A stretch of 62,218 bases of DNA, filler included, from Leptolyngbyaceae cyanobacterium (GTDB taxonomy: Bacteria > Cyanobacteriota > Cyanobacteriia > Leptolyngbyales > Leptolyngbyaceae): NCBI GenBank assembly GCA_046080785.1. It is 8 parts of 8 records of this genome, joined end to end, with 100 filler letters (N's around TTAATTAATTAA, not from the genome) between each part and the next. Parts side by side here need not be neighbours in the genome. Positions count along the whole stretch, not along the records: positions 23,393 to 35,239 come from JBJTUO010000232.1; positions 35,340 to 38,791 come from JBJTUO010000233.1; positions 38,892 to 42,072 come from JBJTUO010000234.1; positions 42,173 to 46,059 come from JBJTUO010000235.1; 4 more parts are not named here. One strand, 5' to 3'. This document shows positions 31,524 through 42,418 of this stretch, piece after piece. Under the pieces are notes generated by a model, which saw nothing but the letters and a program-made list of their open reading frames with translations, was not told the DNA's origin and did not search any database. A program made the translations under genes and the position numbers. The first letter of the stretch is position 1, and each line of letters starts with the position of its first letter.

Positions 31524-32861
31524 ATGTCCAGCGGGGTTATTCTAATTCTGGCAGTGTTAATTTTGGGTGGCGTCATCGCGACATTGGGCGATCGTCTGGG
31601 TACCCGTGTTGGCAAGGCCCGTCTCAGCCTGTTTAATTTGCGGCCCCGCCGTACGGCAACACTGGTTACGATTCTAACGGGGGTGATAGTGGCAGCATCC
31701 ACCTTAGGCATTCTGTTTGCGGTCAGTGACTCTCTGCGTACTGGGGTGTTTGAGCTCAACTCGATTCAACGACGGTTGCGGCGTACCCGTGCCGACTTGA
31801 AGCAAGCCAATCAGGAAAAAGACACAATCGAGACAGAACTCAAGCAGACCCGCAGAGATCGGGGGCAAGCTCAAAAGCAACTGGGTCAGGCTCAAAAGCG
31901 TTTAGGTGACACGAATCGATCGCTACAAGTCGCGATCGCTGAGCGATCCAGAGCGCAATCCCAAACTCAACGGATCCAGACCCAACTGCTTCAAACCCAA
32001 GGTTTACTGGCTACTGTATCCCAACAAATCTCCAAGCTGCGCATAGATATTAACCAGTTGCAGACCGAACGAGACCAGGTGATTGCCGAGCGCAATCAGG
32101 TGATTTCAAAGCGAGATCAAGAAATTCAGGCCAGGGATCGGGTGATTCAACAACGGGAACTGCGATTGAAGGATCTGGAAGCCCAACAGGAATTTTTAGC
32201 CAGGGAAGTCCAAAAACTTGAGTTAGAAGCGCAGGGGTTGCGACGGGGTAATGTGGCGGTTCAACGAGGCCAGGTTCTGGCTTCAGCGGTGATTCGCAAT
32301 GTAGATCCAACCAATGCTCGTCCTGTTGTGGATCAACTCCTGCGAGAAGCCAATCGCATGGCCATCCAACTGGTGCGTCCCGGCTCAGACGGTCAGTTAA
32401 TTCAAATTACTAAACCAGCAGTCGACCAGTTAATCAATCAGATCGATGATGGGCAAGAGTATCTAGTTCGCATGATCTCGGCTGAAAACTATTTAACGGG
32501 GGAACCTGCAATTCAGGTATTTGCTGATGCAACCCGTAATCGAGTCGTACTTTTAGCAGGAGATGTGGTGGCAGCAACCAGCATTGACCCTTCAACTATG
32601 GACTATGACCAGTTACAAAAACGGATTCAATTACTGCTGGCTGCTGCTAACTTTCGTGCCCGTAGTTTAGGGATCCAGGCAGACTCGATTGAAATTGGCC
32701 GGATTCAAAATCTCATTGCTTTTGTGGAGCAGCTCCGGCAATATAACAAACCTCTAGAAGTCAAGGTGATTGCAGCAGATGTCACCCCCGTTTCTGGCCC
32801 CCTCCGGCTTGAATTTGTAGCCACCCAGGATGGCAATGTTGTGCTTCGCAGCCAGTCCTAA
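31524..32861 (+). CDS. DUF3084 domain protein
   Basis: GGVIATLGDRLG.RVGKARLSLFNLRPR plus coiled coil; usual ntcA neighbour. Confidence 0.88.
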   Translation: MSSGVILILAVLILGGVIATLGDRLGTRVGKARLSLFNLRPRRTATLVTILTGVIVAASTLGILFAVSDSLRTGVFELNSIQRRLRRTRADLKQANQEKDTIETELKQTRRDRGQAQKQLGQAQKRLGDTNRSLQVAIAERSRAQSQTQRIQTQLLQTQGLLATVSQQISKLRIDINQLQTERDQVIAERNQVISKRDQEIQARDRVIQQRELRLKDLEAQQEFLAREVQKLELEAQGLRRGNVAVQRGQVLASAVIRNVDPTNARPVVDQLLREANRMAIQLVRPGSDGQLIQITKPAVDQLINQIDDGQEYLVRMISAENYLTGEPAIQVFADATRNRVVLLAGDVVAATSIDPSTMDYDQLQKRIQLLLAAANFRARSLGIQADSIEIGRIQNLIAFVEQLRQYNKPLEVKVIAADVTPVSGPLRLEFVATQDGNVVLRSQS

Positions 32862-32913
32862 TGGTCGTTTACCCGATTGTCCTGTCAGGTTGTCTCATCC
32901 TTGTGGAACTACG

Positions 32914-33360
32914 ATGCCCATTGATCCAATCTCAGCCTCTGATCAACCCGTCATTTTGGGATTTGACCCCGGTCGGCAAAAGTGCGGTCTGGCAATCATG
33001 GGGGTCGATCGCCTGGTGCATTACCAGGCAGTTGTGCCAACAGAATCTGCGATCGCGACGATTCAGTCATTGCGGCAGCGGTTTCCGATTTCTCTGATTG
33101 TCCTGGGTGATCAAACCACTGCCCGCTCATGGAAGCAACAACTGACCCAGGCCTGGCCCGACCCTCCCAGCATTATTCTGGTAGACGAGCGTTATAGCAG
33201 TCTGGAGGCTCGCGATCGGTACTGGCAGATGTACCCCCCGCAGGGCTTGTCTCGCCTTTTACCCCAATCTCTCCGCAGCATTCCCCGCCCCATAGATGAT
33301 ATTGTGGCGATCCTGCTCATTGAACGCTATCTCACCAAGTTAGTGGGTGAAGCTGATTGA
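32914..33360 (+). CDS. YqgF/RuvX RNase H-like nuclease
   Basis: LGFDPGRQKCG, VDERYSS, DDIVA. Confidence 0.85.
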   Translation: MPIDPISASDQPVILGFDPGRQKCGLAIMGVDRLVHYQAVVPTESAIATIQSLRQRFPISLIVLGDQTTARSWKQQLTQAWPDPPSIILVDERYSSLEARDRYWQMYPPQGLSRLLPQSLRSIPRPIDDIVAILLIERYLTKLVGEAD

Positions 33361-33411
33361 GACGTCAACCCTCAGACTTTTTGCCGTTAGACTAGGGGGT
33401 GACCCATTTAG

Positions 33412-35239
<1,828 letters not shown>

Positions 35240-35339
35240 NNNNNNNNNNNNNNNNNNNNNNNNNNNNNNNNNNNNNNNNNNNNTTAATTAATTAANNNNN
35301 NNNNNNNNNNNNNNNNNNNNNNNNNNNNNNNNNNNNNNN

Positions 35340-35667
35340 GACGACGATAGCGAGGGATAAAGCTCGGTAGCACTGTGAACACAGCTTTGCAATCACAGCA
35401 CTTGACCCGACAAATGGGTAAAATCTCTGCTTCTCCCTGCCAGCCTTTCAGCTGCCGCTCCCGTTGACTGTGGACGGTATAACGGCTCGAGTCGTGACAA
35501 TCTGGCTTATGCTTATCGCTTGACAGTTGCTCCTGGAGAGGCTTTTGGACATACTCGATGTAAGCTTGATGGCAATCATCGGCCTGTACCAGGTCCAAAT
35601 AGTCCTGACGGGTGGAACCAAAGTAGACGATAGCGGTTCGGTTTTGATTGTGACGCTTTTGAGGCAT
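35340..35667 (-). mobile_element. Transposase N-terminal part (zinc-ribbon type), truncated by gap
   Basis: RVKCCDCKAVFTVLPSFIPRYRR; contig-edge position. Confidence 0.55.
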
Positions 35668-36006
35668 AGCTTTTAATCCTTGTCGGGGTAGTTGAAGTCT
35701 ATGCCGATGCAGGGACTTTGTCACCAGGCACCAATTTTAGATCTACGTGAAAAATATAGAGGATTTTGAGAAGGATAGTCCGAAGATAGTGATTATTTTG
35801 GATAATGCCAGTATTCACAAGAAAAAAGATATTTTAGACAAGATAGAGAAAGAAATGCTTAATATCAAACTGGAGTTTCTGCCAGAGTATAGTCCGGATT
35901 ACAATTTGATTGAACTTGTGTGGCATTCAGCGAAAGAATTTATTGCAAATCGTCTATTTAAATCGATCGAAGAGTTGGAAGAGCTACTGAATAGATTGCT
36001 AAATGA

Positions 36007-37291
36007 GGCTCTATCGGCCCTGTTATGCTAATGTAACAAATAATACAAAACAAGAATTATGCAGCCACTTCTAACTGACTTACTGAATTTGCCCGGAATT
36101 GAAGTCGAGAACTATACCGATTGTGGCAATGAATTGATTTTAGAGGTAGAAGCGATGACAACGCAAGCAACTTGCCCTCGTTGCGAACAAATCAGTTGTC
36201 ATTTACATCAAAATCATAGGTATTTAGCACGAGATCTAAGTATCAGTGGAAAGGCTGTATTCTTGAAAGTTAATCGTCGCCAATTCAAGTGTGCGACCTG
36301 CGGTAAGCCTTTTAGTGAAACACTCGATTTTATTGGTCATCGTCGCAAACAGACTGACCGATTTACTGAGTTAATAGTGGGACAAGTTCTCCATAGCGAT
36401 ATTCATAATGTAGTCCTTCAGAATGACTTAACGGATGAAGAAGTCTGGTCGATGGTGCAGTACATTAGTAAAAAAAACTTCAGGTTGATTTGAGTTCCCT
36501 GAAGCGGTTAGGGATTGACGAGATAACATTGCGGAAAGGCCAAGGAGATTATATTGTCGTTTTAGTCGATTTAGATTATAGAGTACCGATTGGTTTTGCC
36601 CCTTCTCGAAAACAAGAAGATATCAGGAAAGTGCTTGAGGGGTGGGGAGAAGGAGTATTGAGCCAGATTATTGAAGTGAGTATTGACTTGTCTGGAAATT
36701 ATAAAGGTCTGGTGAAGAAAGTGCTGCCCAACGCCAGTGTTGTGGCAGATCGATTTCATGTTATGAAAATCGTTAATCAGGATTTAGATACCGCTCGAAA
36801 AACGATACGCAAAGCCAACGAAGAGAATCCAGATGAAGACGAAAAGAGTCGAATTGAAGCAGCTCTTAAACAGAGCAAATATGCATTACTAAAGCCAGAA
36901 GATAAATTGACTGAGAAGCAAAAAATCAAACTAGAAGAGATCAGAGAAGTGGTGCCAGAACTGGCTCAATTGCATCAGCAAAAAGAGTCTTTTAGAGCGA
37001 TCTTTGAACAATCGGAAGACTGGGGAGATGGAGCATTTAAATTGCTGGACTGGTTGGCTGAGGCGCAAGAAGCATTTAAGGAAAGTGTGGGCACAATCTG
37101 TCGATGGTTTGGAGAAGTGACCGGGTACTTTGAAAACCGAACTACTAGCGGTGCAGTCGAGGGAATTAACAACAAGTTAAAGCTAATTAAGCGTTCTGGA
37201 TACGGTTTCAGAAATTTTGAAAATTTTCAGCTACGTTGCTTAATTTGTTGGCACTTAGCTATTAATCAGGCATAGCTTAGCCGATAGAGCC
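36007..37291 (+). mobile_element. Complete ISL3 family element (1285 bp)
   Basis: TIRs GGCTCTATCGGC / GCCGATAGAGCC; target duplication CTAAATGA / CTAAAATGA. Confidence 0.93.
36059..37275 (+). CDS. ISL3 transposase in two ORFs joined by a -1 frameshift
   Basis: CPRC...CATC zinc finger; GIDE, DRFHV, EGINNKLK; A8 run at 36470-36477. Confidence 0.88.
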
Positions 37292-37392
37292 CTAAAATGA
37301 AGGAAATTTGATCATAAAGTGGGGGCGAAAGCTGAAAGGCAAGGGTGAAGCCGTTAATGCAATTTAAATGTATGACAGCTTACAAACATCCA

Positions 37393-37467
37393 ACTTCCGC
37401 ATTCCGCATTTTCTTCTTTTCCAAATTCCGAATTCTTGTCCCTTTCCGACTTCCGAATTCCGAATTT
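37393..37467. repeat. STRR-like heptamer repeats (TTCCGMA)
   Basis: acttccgc-attccgc...ttccgac-ttccgaa-ttccgaa. Confidence 0.55.
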
Positions 37468-37474
37468 ATATTAT

Positions 37475-37738
37475 TCAATAATGATAGCGACAAGAAATAA
37501 TCGTTAAATAATCATTATCAACAGCATAAACTAGACGATTAGTTTCATCGATTCGACGAGACCAAAAGCCGGACAGATTCTCTTTCAAGGGTTCTGGCTT
37601 GCCAATGCCTTCAAAGGGTTGCTTTTTAGTTTCTTGAATGAGTTTGTTAATCCTTTTGAGGGTCTTTTTATCTTGGTTTTGCCAGTAGATGTAGTCTTTC
37701 CATGCCTCATCAGTCCAGGCTAGTTTTCGATTACTCAT
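37475..37738 (-). CDS. yoeB: YoeB/Txe toxin
   Basis: AWKDYIYWQ, GIGKPEPLK, WSRRI, C-terminal RYHY. Confidence 0.95.
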   Translation of the reverse strand: MSNRKLAWTDEAWKDYIYWQNQDKKTLKRINKLIQETKKQPFEGIGKPEPLKENLSGFWSRRIDETNRLVYAVDNDYLTIISCRYHY

Positions 37739-37985
37739 CTAACAAATCTCGCTCGATCGTCTGCCCTTGCCTGTATTGGGCAATGGAGCGTTCAAGATGA
37801 GCGACATTTGCAGGTGACTTCAATAGGTGAACCGTTTCGAGCAGGCTATTAAAGTAATCCAGTGACATGACGACGGCATCTTCGGCATCGCGCCGGGTGA
37901 TAACAGTATAGTCCGCATCGTTGACAACCTGTTCTAGTATGGCCTTGAGCTTATTTCTAGCTTCGCTGAAGGTGACGACTCTCAT
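37731..37985 (-). CDS. yefM: YefM/Phd antitoxin
   Basis: FSEARNKLK, VVMSL, ETVHLLKSPAN; overlaps yoeB. Confidence 0.95.
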   Translation of the reverse strand: MRVVTFSEARNKLKAILEQVVNDADYTVITRRDAEDAVVMSLDYFNSLLETVHLLKSPANVAHLERSIAQYRQGQTIERDLLDE

Positions 37986-37994
37986 TTGCTAACC

Positions 37995-38042
37995 TGTTCA
38001 ATTGACTGTACAAGTGTAGCGTGAAAAGGTGGTGTCAGTCAA
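37995..38042 (-). promoter_or_regulatory. yefM-yoeB promoter/operator
   Basis: TTGACT-18-TACACT on the minus strand; TGTACA (38007-12) and TGTTCA (37995-38000) hexamers 12 bp apart. Confidence 0.65.
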
Positions 38043-38064
38043 AATTGAAACAGCGATCGCACTC

Positions 38065-38122
38065 TATAGCGGTTCCTGATCGAACGAGGTACAGCAGAAG
38101 CCTTACTGTATAAGCATTACAG
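38065..38122. mobile_element. Half MITE (same family as 8715-8811), cut by ISKra4
   Basis: Aligns with the reverse complement of 8754-8811. Confidence 0.6.
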
Positions 38123-38126
38123 ATAT

Positions 38127-38706
38127 GGATGTAATTAAAAGTGGCAGTCAGGCATCGAAGGGTCAGAAGAGCTAAAATTCAAAGTATTGTCAGCGATGAG
38201 AATGAATACCCATGCTCCAGTCATCAGACCCTTGTCTTACCCATACGACGCCTGTTTTTGAAAGTCTTGAGGATCGGTTAAACCGCCACCCTGAGCTAAA
38301 AGCCAAAATTGAATCTCTGGTGTCTGTAGTAGAAAATGCCTAAGGAAACCTGATTAAAGCCAGTGAAGCCGAGCAGCGGGTAATTGAAGAAATCCGACAA
38401 CTAGGGCAATCCGCCTTACAAAGCTAGGCGAGTCAACAAAATCAAAAGCAACAAGATCAGTTCATTCAAGGCAACCCTGAAGCTCAGCGAACGCGAAAAA
38501 AAACCTCTATTGGTATAGTCGCTTTGGCCCAATCGTAGTTGTAGAGCAACTGTTTAGCTTTGGTAAGGGCAATGGGATTGCTCGGCCCTTTAGTACAGCA
38601 GCAGAAGTCCATTGTCGTGGTTGTTCATTGCCATTACAACGAGTGATTGTAGACTTTGGGGCAGATGTTCCCTTTGGGCAAATTCCTCAAAAGTTGCAAG
38701 AGCATC
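38127..38706 (+). pseudogene. ISKra4-family transposase remnant
   Basis: GGATGTAATTAAAAGT end; SLEDRLNRHPELKAKI...AEQRVIEEIRQLG with 2 stops, A-run shift, SLPLQRVIVDFGAD; 3' truncated. Confidence 0.75.
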
Positions 38707-38891
38707 GGAAAGGGCTTAAAGCCTACAGCATACCGGGAAAGTGTGTAGTTTGCTTCCCGTAAGAGTGGACGGACTGAGTAGTTACCAATTGNNNNNNNNN
38801 NNNNNNNNNNNNNNNNNNNNNNNNNNNNNNNNNNNTTAATTAATTAANNNNNNNNNNNNNNNNNNNNNNNNNNNNNNNNNNNNNNNNNNNN

Positions 38892-39262
38892 AGACCAGCA
38901 CCGCTCTACTGAGGCTTGACAAGCATGAGAGTTGAGAGCTTCGACAAAAGGAAACTCAGCCCGTAGCTGGGTGTTGTAACGATACAACTCAGCCCTGCTG
39001 ACGTTCTGGTTGTCCATCCAGTAGCGCAAGCACTTGTTACGAACAAACTGTGCAGTTTGAATCGCTTCATCAATGGCTTGGTACTGGTTGAGCTTTCCTT
39101 TGAGCTTGAACTCTAAAACAATCATCTGACGCTGACTTTGTTGGCGTAAATCAATTATAGCTGGGTTGGTAGTTTTTCGACAAGGATCCGCGTTGCTCAA
39201 TTTGTTCATGTAAGGGGTGAGACTAACCCCATATCTAAAGCGTAGGGGCTTGCGTCTCAACC
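38892..39262 (-). mobile_element. tnpB: IS200/IS605 left end plus tnpB 5' part (ATG 39125), truncated by gap
   Basis: MIVLEFKLKGK..QYQAIDEAIQTAQFVRNKCLRYWMD; subterminal hairpin at about 39220-39258. Confidence 0.85.
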
Positions 39263-39464
39263 CTCACACTCCCCTATTTTTCGGTCAAATCCAATCCCAG
39301 CCTTTTTGGCAAATTTTTCTAGTCCGTCGAGCTCAGGTTATCTTAAGCGTTTTGGCCAAAAGTTATAATTGTCACCACTTATGTCATAATCATTTACAGA
39401 AATCTCAGAATTCGACCTATCTTTCTAAGAAATAGGGTCAATACTAAGAATCTCAGGTGCAACC

Positions 39465-39800
39465 ATGAGTTATCCAGCAGTTGAGTCTGAGGCGCTAGAC
39501 CGCTACGAGTGTAGAGCCTGCGGCTATGTATATGAGCCCACTAAAGGGGACGATCGTCGTCAGGTAGCTGCCGGTACTCCCTTTGTTGAACTGGCAGACA
39601 GTTGGCGTTGTCCGGTCTGTTCTGCCAAAAAGAGCCAGTTTCAGAATATCGGGATGGCAGGCACCGCATCTGGATTTAAACAAAATCTGGGGTATGGCCT
39701 GGGGGTTAACACTCTGACGCCTGGTCAAAAAAATCTGCTTATTTTTGGCGGTTTAGCCTTGGGTTTTTTGCTTTTAGTTAGCCTGTATGGGCTGAGATAG
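39465..39800 (+). CDS. rubA: Membrane-anchored rubredoxin
   Basis: CRACG, CPVC and C-terminal TM; upstream of ycf48. Confidence 0.95.
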   Translation: MSYPAVESEALDRYECRACGYVYEPTKGDDRRQVAAGTPFVELADSWRCPVCSAKKSQFQNIGMAGTASGFKQNLGYGLGVNTLTPGQKNLLIFGGLALGFLLLVSLYGLR

Positions 39801-39822
39801 GTTTAGGTATAGGTTTCCAGAT

Positions 39823-40815
39823 ATGACGTTAATCACAAGGCTGGTTCGACAGATAGCAGGGCTGGTGGCCGTCGCCCTGGTTTGTGTAGGCTGCGCCGGA
39901 TATTTGCCCAGCATTGGCTCTAGCCCCTGGCAATTAGTTACGGTGCCAACAAATGCCAATTTATCGGATATTAGTTTCACCGATGACCTTTCCCACGGCT
40001 GGCTGGTTGGTGCTGATTCTGCCCTGTTAGAGAGTACTGATGGCGGCAAGACCTGGGAGACCCGATCGCTGCAACTCGATGACCAATCTTACCGATTTAC
40101 CTCCGTTAGCTTTGCTGGAGATGAAGGCTGGGTCGCTGGGGAACCGGGTATCTTGCTGCACACCACAAATGGTGGTGAATCTTGGGATCGGGTGCCCCTC
40201 AGTGAAAAGCTACCAGGCTCTCCCAATATCGTGACAGCGCTGGGGCCCAAATCGGCGGAGATGACCACCAATGTTGGGGCCATTTACCGCACGACAGATG
40301 GGGGAAGAAATTGGAAAGCGATGGTAGAAGAAGCGGTTGGGGTCGTACGCACCATGACCCGTTCAAGTGACGGTAAATACGTCGCTGTTTCTTCTAGAGG
40401 CAACTTCTACTCCACCTGGGAACCTGGACAAAATGCATGGCAACCCCACAATCGTAATAGTTCGCGTCGTGTCCAGAGTATGGGCTTTACTGCCAAGGGC
40501 GGGTTGTGGATGCTGGCCCGGGGTGGGCAGGTGCAGTTTACTGATGAGACCGATCTTGATGCCTGGGATGAAGCTTTTAGTCCTGAATTTTCGACCAGTT
40601 GGGGCTTGTTAGACTTGGCCTATCGGACACCAGATGAAGTTTGGGTTGCAGGCGGTAGTGGTAACCTGCTGCGCAGCTTAGATGGCGGGAAGAGCTGGGA
40701 GAAGGATCGATCAGTGGAGAGTGTGCCATCCAACTTATACAGGATTGTATTCCTGGGTCCAGAAACCGGGTTTATTCTCGGTCAGCAAGGGACAATTCTG
40801 AGATATGTTGGTTAA
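39823..40815 (+). CDS. ycf48: PSII assembly factor Ycf48/HCF136
   Basis: Lipoprotein signal, BNR repeats, VSSRGNFYSTW. Confidence 0.95.
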   Translation: MTLITRLVRQIAGLVAVALVCVGCAGYLPSIGSSPWQLVTVPTNANLSDISFTDDLSHGWLVGADSALLESTDGGKTWETRSLQLDDQSYRFTSVSFAGDEGWVAGEPGILLHTTNGGESWDRVPLSEKLPGSPNIVTALGPKSAEMTTNVGAIYRTTDGGRNWKAMVEEAVGVVRTMTRSSDGKYVAVSSRGNFYSTWEPGQNAWQPHNRNSSRRVQSMGFTAKGGLWMLARGGQVQFTDETDLDAWDEAFSPEFSTSWGLLDLAYRTPDEVWVAGGSGNLLRSLDGGKSWEKDRSVESVPSNLYRIVFLGPETGFILGQQGTILRYVG

Positions 40816-40862
40816 GTAGGGAATGAGTTTACATGATTTTTCAGTGTTTTGGAGGAATCTGA

Positions 40863-41111
40863 ATGGCTGGTACAACCGGTGAGCGCCCGTTTGGGGATAT
40901 TATTACAAGCATTCGCTATTGGATTATTCACAGCATCACCATTCCTGCTTTATTTATTGCGGGTTGGCTGTTTGTGAGTACAGGCTTGGCCTACGATGTT
41001 TTTGGTACGCCTCGCCCTAACGAGTACTACCCAACCGCTCAACAAGAGTTGCCAATTTTGAACAATCGCTTTGAAGCGAAGCAGCAAATTGATCAGTTGC
41101 TGAATAAGTAA
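40863..41111 (+). CDS. psbE: Cytochrome b559 alpha
   Basis: [23 protein letters not shown]. Confidence 0.98.
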   Translation: MAGTTGERPFGDIITSIRYWIIHSITIPALFIAGWLFVSTGLAYDVFGTPRPNEYYPTAQQELPILNNRFEAKQQIDQLLNK

Positions 41112-41137
41112 CCCCTAGTTTCCATGCGTGTAGGACT

Positions 41138-41272
41138 ATGACATTCAATAATCCCGATCAACCAATCTCTTATCCCATTTTCACCGTGCGCTGGCTGTCT
41201 GTTCATGCCCTGGCAGTGCCATCAGTGTTTTTCTTAGGCGCGATCGCCGCAATGCAGTTTATCCAAAAGTAG
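41138..41272 (+). CDS. psbF: Cytochrome b559 beta
   Basis: Manual translation [44 protein letters not shown]. Confidence 0.97.
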   Translation: MTFNNPDQPISYPIFTVRWLSVHALAVPSVFFLGAIAAMQFIQK

Positions 41273-41290
41273 GAAGAGAAACCCATGGCA

Positions 41291-41410
41291 ATGGAACGTT
41301 CTTCAAACCCCAATAAGCAGCCAGTTGAATTAAATCGCACATCCCTTTATCTGGGATTGCTGCTTGTGTTTGTTCTCGGTATTTTGTTTTCTAGCTACTT
41401 CTTCAATTAA
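41291..41410 (+). CDS. psbL: PSII protein L
   Basis: [39 protein letters not shown]. Confidence 0.97.
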   Translation: MERSSNPNKQPVELNRTSLYLGLLLVFVLGILFSSYFFN

Positions 41411-41506
41411 AGCCTTTGGGTTCACTAAGGAAGTCAGTCTTAGGAAACAGCAGTTTGCATGTTCATTGTTTCGTCATGATTGTACTGGGGTTAGGAGGTG
41501 AATAAG

Positions 41507-41626
41507 GTGCTAAGTTCTGGACGAATTCCATTATGGATCGTTGCCACCATAGCAGGTACTGGTGTGTTAGTCGTTTTGGGTCTGTTTTTCTACGGTTCTT
41601 ATGCTGGAGTTGGTTCGGGTCTCTAG
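41507..41626 (+). CDS. psbJ: PSII protein J
   Basis: GTG start after [22 protein letters not shown]...[13 protein letters not shown]. Confidence 0.96.
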   Translation: MLSSGRIPLWIVATIAGTGVLVVLGLFFYGSYAGVGSGL

Positions 41627-41837
41627 AGTAGATCCCTTTTAACGGCATATAATTTAAGCCAGGATAGCCCTGGATAGGCTAGGAGCCAGAAGTCAGATTA
41701 AGCTGAGACGCACTGACAGCTAAAGAAATTACGAGTCAGGGGTTGGTCAAGCTGCTAGGTTCTGAATTCTGGCTACTGCCCTCTCTGGAGGGGTAATTTT
41801 TTACCTTGAGGGATATGTCCTTTTAAGTTAATTAGTT

Positions 41838-41877
41838 AAGACAAAAGGGAGGGGAAATAAACCCTCCCTTTTGTCTT
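41838..41877. terminator. Long inverted repeat, possible bidirectional terminator
   Basis: AAGACAAAAGGGAGGG-loop-CCCTCCCTTTTGTCTT. Confidence 0.65.
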
Positions 41878-41898
41878 GTTACTGCAAATAAATCTTGG

Positions 41899-42072
41899 GT
41901 GACATATCCTACTAGCTTGCCTATCCGACGTTGATTGCAAGCAATACAGCGCGGGCTTCCAAGCCTTCGGCTACACAGTTCACAGGCTGGGCAACCCCAT
42001 CGCCTCCCTATGCGTTGTTTAGACTCCGCGTGATGACCCACCGCAGAGTATTAATTTTTGGTTTGATGCGGC
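41899..42072 (-). mobile_element. IS200/IS605 right end (tnpB tail and omega-RNA region)
   Basis: Minus strand ...GAAGCCCGCGCTGTA...CGTCGG...GTAGGATATGTCAC terminus; contig edge. Confidence 0.65.
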
Positions 42073-42322
42073 NNNNNNNNNNNNNNNNNNNNNNNNNNNN
42101 NNNNNNNNNNNNNNNNTTAATTAATTAANNNNNNNNNNNNNNNNNNNNNNNNNNNNNNNNNNNNNNNNNNNNGCCCAATTGAATGAGTCTTGTACTCTTG
42201 GGTTTAGACATTCCCGGATTATGCTGGTTCTGATGGTTGCAGGCATTCCGGTTGGCGGCTTCACCAATAGATCGATTGTATCATTTTGCTTGTTTCGTTG
42301 GCATCAAGCCACACTCAACAAG

Positions 42323-42406
42323 AGCGGCTTTCATCCCGTCACCGAATCACTCTTGAGTAAACACAATTCACGTTTTCGGTGCGGGGCTTCCCGCCGACTT
42401 AGCTAA
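42323..42406. mobile_element. IS200/IS605-type end hairpin
   Basis: GCGGCTTTCATCCCGTCACC...GGTGCGGGGCTTCCCGCCG. Confidence 0.5.
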
Positions 42407-42418
42407 ACAGCCTGATCA

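Larger units (their letters stand above)
35747..37382 (+). pseudogene. IS630 transposase 3' fragment interrupted by ISL3
   Basis: ILDNASIH, LPEYSPDYNLIE..W; frame resumes after ISL3 as EGNLIIKWGRKLKGKGEAVNAI*, element ends ...GACAGCTTA. Confidence 0.85.

Noticed and set aside
38708..38791. Possible IS605/IS607 end fragment
   Set aside because: Too short at a contig edge to assign or to link with tnpB across the gap
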